From positions 384,001 through 448,000 of the forward strand of contig CAXXWQ010000003.1 in assembly GCA_963674945.2 (NCBI GenBank): a DNA stretch of 64,000 nt. The letters are read 5' to 3'. This DNA comes from an uncultured Desulfosarcina sp. (GTDB lineage: Bacteria > Desulfobacterota > Desulfobacteria > Desulfobacterales > Desulfosarcinaceae). Position numbers and translations under genes: made by a program. The notes under the pieces were generated by a model that saw only the letters and a program-made list of their open reading frames with translations, was not told where the DNA came from and made no database searches. Of the stretch, positions 58,697 to 64,000 are shown piece by piece (position 1 is the first letter of the stretch; each line of letters begins with the position of its first letter).

Positions 58697-59920
58697 CTAC
58701 AATGGACAGCACTCAATCAACTGCCCGGCCACACTTTCCAGAAAGCGCATCCCCCGTTCGGTCAGCCAGACGCACCTTCGATCGCTTTCAAGCAGCCCAT
58801 CTCCCATCAATCGAGACAAAACGGGATCGAAACGTTTGGAGAAATCGTCTTGAAACCGCCGGGTGTAATTTTTCCTATCGATCCCTTCCCTCTTTCTCAG
58901 TCCAAGATAGACGAACTCCATGATCTGCTGACCCCGTGTCAACACTTCACCGCCGGCGGTCGGCGCATCACCGGCTTTCAGCGCCTTCAGGTACCGGTCC
59001 AACGAACGGTGATTCCACCATCGCCGATTTTCCATACAGCTGTGGGCAGCCGGCCCGAATCCCAGGTACGGCAAAAGGTCCCAGTATTTGCTGTTGTGGC
59101 GGGATCGATAGTCGACGTTTTCGTTATCCGTATGCCGGGCGAAATTGGAAATCTCATAGCGAGGATAGCCTTTTTGTCCCAAGACCTCACCGGTCATGGA
59201 GAAAAGGGTCGCGGCCAGCGATTCCGACACGGGAAGAACCCGCCCCTCTTTCACCCATCCGGCCAGCGGGGTCCCCGCCTCCCATGTGAGTGAATAGCAG
59301 GAGAGATGTTCCGGCGCCAGGTCAACGACACGGGCCAATTGATCCTCCCAGCCTTTTTTCGTCTGACCGGGAACGGCGAACATCAGGTCCAGCCCCACGT
59401 TATCCAATCCGGCCGCCCTCGCATCCGAAAAAGCGTCGATTCCCTGCCGGGCCGTATGGATCCTTCCCAGAAACGTCAGGATGTGATCGTCCATAGATTG
59501 AAGGCCGAGGTTGAGACGATTGATACCGACGTTCCGGTATTGCGCCAAACGCTGTCGATCCACCGTACCCGGATTGGCCTCGAGTGTCACCTCCGCATGG
59601 GAGTCCACGGCAAATCGACGGCAAAGGGCGTCGATGATCCGGGCGATGTGTTCCGGCTGCAGCAACGAAGGCGTTCCGCCACCAAAATAGACCGTATCCG
59701 CATGAATCCCTTGGTGATGGTCCCGCTCGATTTCGTCGATGACGGCTGCAACGTAAGAAGAGATGAGATCGTGTCGTGTGGTGGAGAAAAAATCGCAATA
59801 GGGGCACTTGGCCCTGCAAAACGGCACGTGGATGTAAAGGCCGACGGTTGTGATGGAAGAAGAAACGGTCTTCGCAGATGCCGGATGAAAACCGGCAGGC
59901 ATCGGATTTGAATGATCCAT
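58697..59920 (-). CDS. hemW: Radical SAM heme chaperone HemW
   Basis: LYIHVPFCRAKCPYCDF, YFGGGTPS, EANPG, YEISNFA, HNSKYW. Confidence 0.93.
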   Translation of the reverse strand: MDHSNPMPAGFHPASAKTVSSSITTVGLYIHVPFCRAKCPYCDFFSTTRHDLISSYVAAVIDEIERDHHQGIHADTVYFGGGTPSLLQPEHIARIIDALCRRFAVDSHAEVTLEANPGTVDRQRLAQYRNVGINRLNLGLQSMDDHILTFLGRIHTARQGIDAFSDARAAGLDNVGLDLMFAVPGQTKKGWEDQLARVVDLAPEHLSCYSLTWEAGTPLAGWVKEGRVLPVSESLAATLFSMTGEVLGQKGYPRYEISNFARHTDNENVDYRSRHNSKYWDLLPYLGFGPAAHSCMENRRWWNHRSLDRYLKALKAGDAPTAGGEVLTRGQQIMEFVYLGLRKREGIDRKNYTRRFQDDFSKRFDPVLSRLMGDGLLESDRRCVWLTERGMRFLESVAGQLIECCPL

Positions 59921-60007
59921 GTTATCGCATTGTGGCCCGCATCAGTCTTACGACGCAACCCATGATCTTGAAGACGAAACGGTTTTTAATCCCCGGCATC
60001 ACGCCGG

Positions 60008-60556
60008 TCATGCTTCGGATCGGGCCAATTCCAGACCCAACTCCAGCGCCTTGCGGTTCAGGTCGATGAAGCCTGGAGGAATGCGGGTATCCAACACTTT
60101 CATGATGGACTCCGGCTTTACGATCTGGGTCATTCCCACCACCACACCAAGCATGCAGATGTTGAACACGATGGGCTTTTTCACCTTTTCCATGACGCTC
60201 TCGTACATGGGAAACTCTCGCTGGCGGGCATCCACCTTGAGATGGGTCTGGACGAAACGGGGATCTGTGATAAGAAGGCCGCCGGGTCGAATGATATCGA
60301 AGAATGTATTGTAGGCCTCCTGGGTGAGACACACCAGCACATTCGGCTGGATCACCTTGGGGAAATTGATCTTTGCATCGGAGATAATCACGTCAGAACG
60401 CGTGGCCCCGCCCCTGGCCGCCGCACCATAGGCCTGGGTCTGTACGGCCTCCAGATTCTCGTGAAGTACCGCCGATTCGGCCAGGATAATCGCCGCCGTA
60501 ATCACCCCCTGGCCCCCGGAACCCGAAAAAACCATTCTGAGTCTGGATCGTTCCAT
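60008..60556 (-). CDS. korC: 2-oxoacid:ferredoxin oxidoreductase gamma subunit
   Basis: GSGGQGVI, YGAAARGG, NICMLG. Confidence 0.9.
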   Translation of the reverse strand: MERSRLRMVFSGSGGQGVITAAIILAESAVLHENLEAVQTQAYGAAARGGATRSDVIISDAKINFPKVIQPNVLVCLTQEAYNTFFDIIRPGGLLITDPRFVQTHLKVDARQREFPMYESVMEKVKKPIVFNICMLGVVVGMTQIVKPESIMKVLDTRIPPGFIDLNRKALELGLELARSEA

Positions 60557-61363
60557 CTACTTGTTTCCTCCCATGGCCCGTTCGATGATGCGGTTGTACT
60601 CGGCGCAGTACTCGGGCCTTTCTTCCTGTATGAAGATGCCCCGCTCGATCAGCTCCGGATTTTCCTGTTTCTTCTTCGAACCGACGGGAACCGTCATCTC
60701 CTTCATTTGCTTCATCATCTGTACCGCACTGCCCTGCTTGTTCTTTCGACCGAAATAGGTGGGACACTGGGTCATCACCTCCAGCACCGAAAATCCTTCG
60801 TGAAGAACGGCATCGCGGATCAAATCTGCCATCTGCTGGACATGGTAGGTGGTTGTGCGGGCGACGAAGGTGGCCCCGGCCGCCTTGGCCATCTCCACCA
60901 CGTCGAAGCCCTGGTCGATGTTTGAATAGGGCGCCGTGGTGGCCATCATTCCCGGTCCGGTGAGGGGTGAGAACTGTCCGCCGGTCATTCCGTAAATGCG
61001 GTTGTTCATCACGATTGCCGTGATGTCGATGTTTCTCCGGGCCGCGTGAATAAAGTGGTTGCCGCCGATGGAGAGCGCGTCGCCGTCTCCCATGGGGACG
61101 ATCACGTTCAGTTCCGGCTGGCTCAGCTTCACCCCCGTAGCAAAGGCAAGGGCACGGCCGTGGATGGTGTGAAGGGTGTGAAAGTCCACATAGCCGGAGA
61201 TGCGCGAAGAGCAGCCGATGCCCGATACCATCACGATTTCGTTGCGGCTCAGACCCAGTTTCTCAACGGCCCGGATCATGGCGTTGAGCACGATCCCGTG
61301 GCCGCATCCGGCACACCACATGTGAGGAAAAAACCGCTGGCGGATGTAATCCTGTACGGCCAT
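60557..61363 (-). CDS. korB: 2-oxoacid:ferredoxin oxidoreductase beta subunit
   Basis: WCAGCG, SGIGCS, HGRA, GDGD, NNRIYGMTGGQ. Confidence 0.92.
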   Translation of the reverse strand: MAVQDYIRQRFFPHMWCAGCGHGIVLNAMIRAVEKLGLSRNEIVMVSGIGCSSRISGYVDFHTLHTIHGRALAFATGVKLSQPELNVIVPMGDGDALSIGGNHFIHAARRNIDITAIVMNNRIYGMTGGQFSPLTGPGMMATTAPYSNIDQGFDVVEMAKAAGATFVARTTTYHVQQMADLIRDAVLHEGFSVLEVMTQCPTYFGRKNKQGSAVQMMKQMKEMTVPVGSKKKQENPELIERGIFIQEERPEYCAEYNRIIERAMGGNK

Positions 61364-61364
61364 C

Positions 61365-62513
61365 TTACACCCCCCTTCCCTTGATCAGGCGCAGTATCTG
61401 TTTAATGTCCGTGGGCGAGATGAAAACCCCGTCGATACGGTTGGCCAGAAACACCCGCTCCGGATTTTTCACGGTCGTCTTGACCATCTGGCAGACCTGA
61501 CCCATGTTCATCTCCACCACCACCGTGTAATGGGCATCGTCGCAATATTTCCGCACGATGTCCGCCGGAAAGGGCCAGAGGGTTTGCAGTTCCAGAAGAC
61601 CGATCTTCTCTCCCCGGGTCCGCAGGCTCTGGGCGATGTGCAGGGCGCTGCGGGCCGCCGACCCGAAAGAGACCAGCACCGTATCCGCATCCTCTATGTG
61701 ATAGGTCTTGTAGTGGGCCATCAGGTTGGCCCTGTTTTCGATCTTGTCCACCAGGTGACGCAAAAGCCCGTGGACGACCTTGGGATTGTCCGAGGGAAAT
61801 CCCCACATGTCGTGAACCAGTCCGGTCACGTTGTATCGGTGAACCCCGCCGAAATCGCTCATGGGCAACCGGCCGTCCTCCCGCGGCAGATAGGGATGGT
61901 AGTCCACTCCTTCACGAACGGATGTCCGAAGGCGCTCCACCAAAGGGATTTCCCCCGGCTCGGGAATCTCCAGCCGTTCACGCATGTGCCCCACCACCTC
62001 GTCGAAGAGAAGAATCACCGGCGTCCGATAGGTTTCTGCAATATTGAAGGCCTCGACGGTCATGGCGAAGACGTCCTGGTGATTGGAAGCCGTCAGGGTC
62101 ACGATGCTGTGATCACCGTGGGTGCCCCACCTGGCCTGCATCACGTCCCCCTGGCTCACGTGGGTGGGAACGCCCGTGGACGGCCCGCCCCGTTGTACGT
62201 TGACGATCACGCAGGGAATTTCGGCCATCACCGCATACCCCAGCGCCTCCTGTTTCAGGGAAAATCCGGGACCCGAGGTGGCGGTGAGCACCTTGTGCCC
62301 CGTCAGGGAAGCCCCGATGATGGCGCACATGGAGGCGATCTCGTCTTCCATCTGGATAAACTTGCCCCCCCTGGCCGGCAGCCTTTTGGCCAAATGCTCC
62401 GCAATCTCCGTGGATGGCGTGATGGGATAACCGGCGAAAAAATCGAGACCGGCGTAAAGGGCTCCTTCCACACATGCTTCGTTGCCCTGGATAAATTTGA
62501 TCTGCTTTGTCAT
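61365..62513 (-). CDS. korA: 2-oxoacid:ferredoxin oxidoreductase alpha subunit
   Basis: GYPITPSTE, QMEDE, TSGPG, QRGGPSTG, EMNMGQ. Confidence 0.92.
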   Translation of the reverse strand: MTKQIKFIQGNEACVEGALYAGLDFFAGYPITPSTEIAEHLAKRLPARGGKFIQMEDEIASMCAIIGASLTGHKVLTATSGPGFSLKQEALGYAVMAEIPCVIVNVQRGGPSTGVPTHVSQGDVMQARWGTHGDHSIVTLTASNHQDVFAMTVEAFNIAETYRTPVILLFDEVVGHMRERLEIPEPGEIPLVERLRTSVREGVDYHPYLPREDGRLPMSDFGGVHRYNVTGLVHDMWGFPSDNPKVVHGLLRHLVDKIENRANLMAHYKTYHIEDADTVLVSFGSAARSALHIAQSLRTRGEKIGLLELQTLWPFPADIVRKYCDDAHYTVVVEMNMGQVCQMVKTTVKNPERVFLANRIDGVFISPTDIKQILRLIKGRGV

Positions 62514-62539
62514 TTGTCGCCTACCAATCGGGGTTTTGA

Positions 62540-62788
62540 TTATCCTTGGTCCTCATCCTTGACTTCTTTTTCCCCTTCCGTCCGCTCTTCTGTCACCACT
62601 TCGATGGCCAGATCCGGACACCGAAGTTCACACATCCGACAAGCGATGCAATCTTCCAGTCGCACGGCGACGGCCTTGTCCTGTCTATCCAGCTCGAGTA
62701 CGTTCTTTGGACAAAATTCCACACATATCCCGCACCCCTTGCACCACTCTCGATTGATCCGGTGTTCCTTGAGCTTTGTCTTGGCCAT
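62540..62788 (-). CDS. korD: 2x[4Fe-4S] ferredoxin, delta subunit
   Basis: CKGCGICVEFCP and CIACRMCELRCP. Confidence 0.9.
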   Translation of the reverse strand: MAKTKLKEHRINREWCKGCGICVEFCPKNVLELDRQDKAVAVRLEDCIACRMCELRCPDLAIEVVTEERTEGEKEVKDEDQG

Positions 62789-63112
62789 GATGCTCCCTCG
62801 CCATGATGCTTCCAAAAAGTTATCCAGGCCATATGCGGCCAAACGGTCATACAAAAAAATTGTTTTGCCGCTGGCAAAGATGGGGAAACGTTTTTAATGG
62901 AAATCTTTTTATGTGAACGATGGTATGATGCTACAACCATTTTCCATGAAATTACAAGCCTGTCTGAAAATTTAAGGGGATAAATGGCAAAATCTGCAGG
63001 ACGGTGGGGGGTGACAACGCCCCCTCGAAGGGGGCTAAAATCCAGACGATCGAATGTCTCGCCGGACCGGTCCGAATCTGTACTGGTCGCTGAGGCAGAG
63101 CCCGAGGTTTAA

Positions 63113-63252
63113 CTAGACATCCGAAAATGGCCAATCTGCCCGATATCGGCGTTGCACGAAAAATTATATCCCCGGAATATCAACCATATGCCTCCGGTAA
63201 AATTTTTCGTGCGCCTTGATCTCGACCAATTTTCCTATTTTTGGATAGACAC
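63113..63252. repeat. MITE-like repeat, family B
   Basis: Homologous to 54604-54756; fragment also at 22940-22980. Confidence 0.7.
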
Positions 63253-63261
63253 TAACTGCAA

Positions 63262-63666
63262 CTACCCCGCCTGCACCTGAATTCGCCGGGGCTGGGCCTT
63301 TTCCACCTTGGGCAGCGTAAGACGCAAGACGCCGTCGTTGAGCTTTGCATCGATCCTGTCCTGGGCGATCACCTCGGAAAGGGAAAACTGACGGTAGTAC
63401 CGCCCGCTTTCATATTCCGTATGAACACGCTCACCCGGCGTCGAAAGGTCGGCGCGAACTTCGCCCGTCAGGGTCAGTATGTCATCGCGCAAATCCACAT
63501 TCAGGTCTTCGGCATCCACACCGGGCATGTCCACCAGCAAGGTGATTGCCTGCTCGCTTTCGAAAATATCGACGCTGGGGGTAAACACGAGTCCGGGTTT
63601 GGTTTGCTCGGCCGGTGTCGACAGAGCCTGTTTTTCCCTCACCTTCAGTTCTTTCGTATCCGACAT
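63262..63666 (-). CDS. Hsp20/alpha-crystallin family protein
   Basis: PSVDIFE, DMPGV, YYRQFSL, DGVLRLTLPK. Confidence 0.92.
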   Translation of the reverse strand: MSDTKELKVREKQALSTPAEQTKPGLVFTPSVDIFESEQAITLLVDMPGVDAEDLNVDLRDDILTLTGEVRADLSTPGERVHTEYESGRYYRQFSLSEVIAQDRIDAKLNDGVLRLTLPKVEKAQPRRIQVQAG

Positions 63667-63692
63667 GGTCGTGCCCTCCTTTCTCTGGCCGA

Positions 63693-64000
63693 CTATTGAA
63701 TGGAAATCTGTTTTGGCTTTGCCCTCTCTGCCTTGGGTACGGTAACGGTAAGCACACCGCTGACCAACTTGGCCTTGGTGTTCTCCGCATCGATGTCACC
63801 CGGCAGTGCAATGGCCCGCGAGAACTTTCCGGCCTCCCTCTCCCGGCGATGATACCGCACATCCGCCGCTTCTTTCGATATTTTCCGTTCGCCGGCAATG
63901 GTGATCTGGTTTGCGGTCACATTGAGATCCAGGTCCGGTGATTGCACGCCTGGAAGTTCCGCGCTGATGTAGTAGGCGTTCGAGTCCTCGGTAATGTTGA
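63693..64000 (-). CDS. Hsp20 family protein, 5'-partial
   Basis: AELPGV, YHRRER..GKFSR, GVLTVTVPK; runs off the window end. Confidence 0.9.
   Translation of the reverse strand, partial: NITEDSNAYYISAELPGVQSPDLDLNVTANQITIAGERKISKEAADVRYHRREREAGKFSRAIALPGDIDAENTKAKLVSGVLTVTVPKAERAKPKQISIQ

Overview
Deltaproteobacterial (Desulfobacteraceae/Desulfosarcina-like, inferred from gene content) chromosome segment dominated by a ~49 kb Mu-like transposable prophage (~5182-54118, oriented on the minus strand). The prophage has transposase-binding terminal repeats, a repressor, MuA/MuB, GemA and DUF3164. Its myovirus virion module is not of the Mu type (DUF1073 portal, DUF2213, DUF2184 capsid, DUF3383 sheath), and a Dam-type methylase sits in the mom position. 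It carries two AT-rich cargo islands (~30.6-39.6 kb and ~49.7-53.8 kb). Each island begins with a mutually homologous promoter plus attI-like leader and contains attC hairpins between defence-type genes (HEPN, Ser/Thr kinase, HNH, PIN-GNAT + ASCH, DUF4062-TPR, P-loop ATPase, PD-(D/E)XK nuclease), but no integron integrase is present. This looks like integrase-less integron cassette platforms carried by a transposable phage. An IS66 and an IS1380, both with target duplications, have inserted in the cargo region. The left flank is a decayed accessory region (methyltransferase, S1/P1 nuclease, IHF, broken higBA). The right flank is core genome (tRNA-Arg, tRNA-His, selB, DUF2333, hemW, 2-oxoacid:ferredoxin oxidoreductase operon, two Hsp20). 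Family names are recognised by eye from motifs and synteny, not from database searches.
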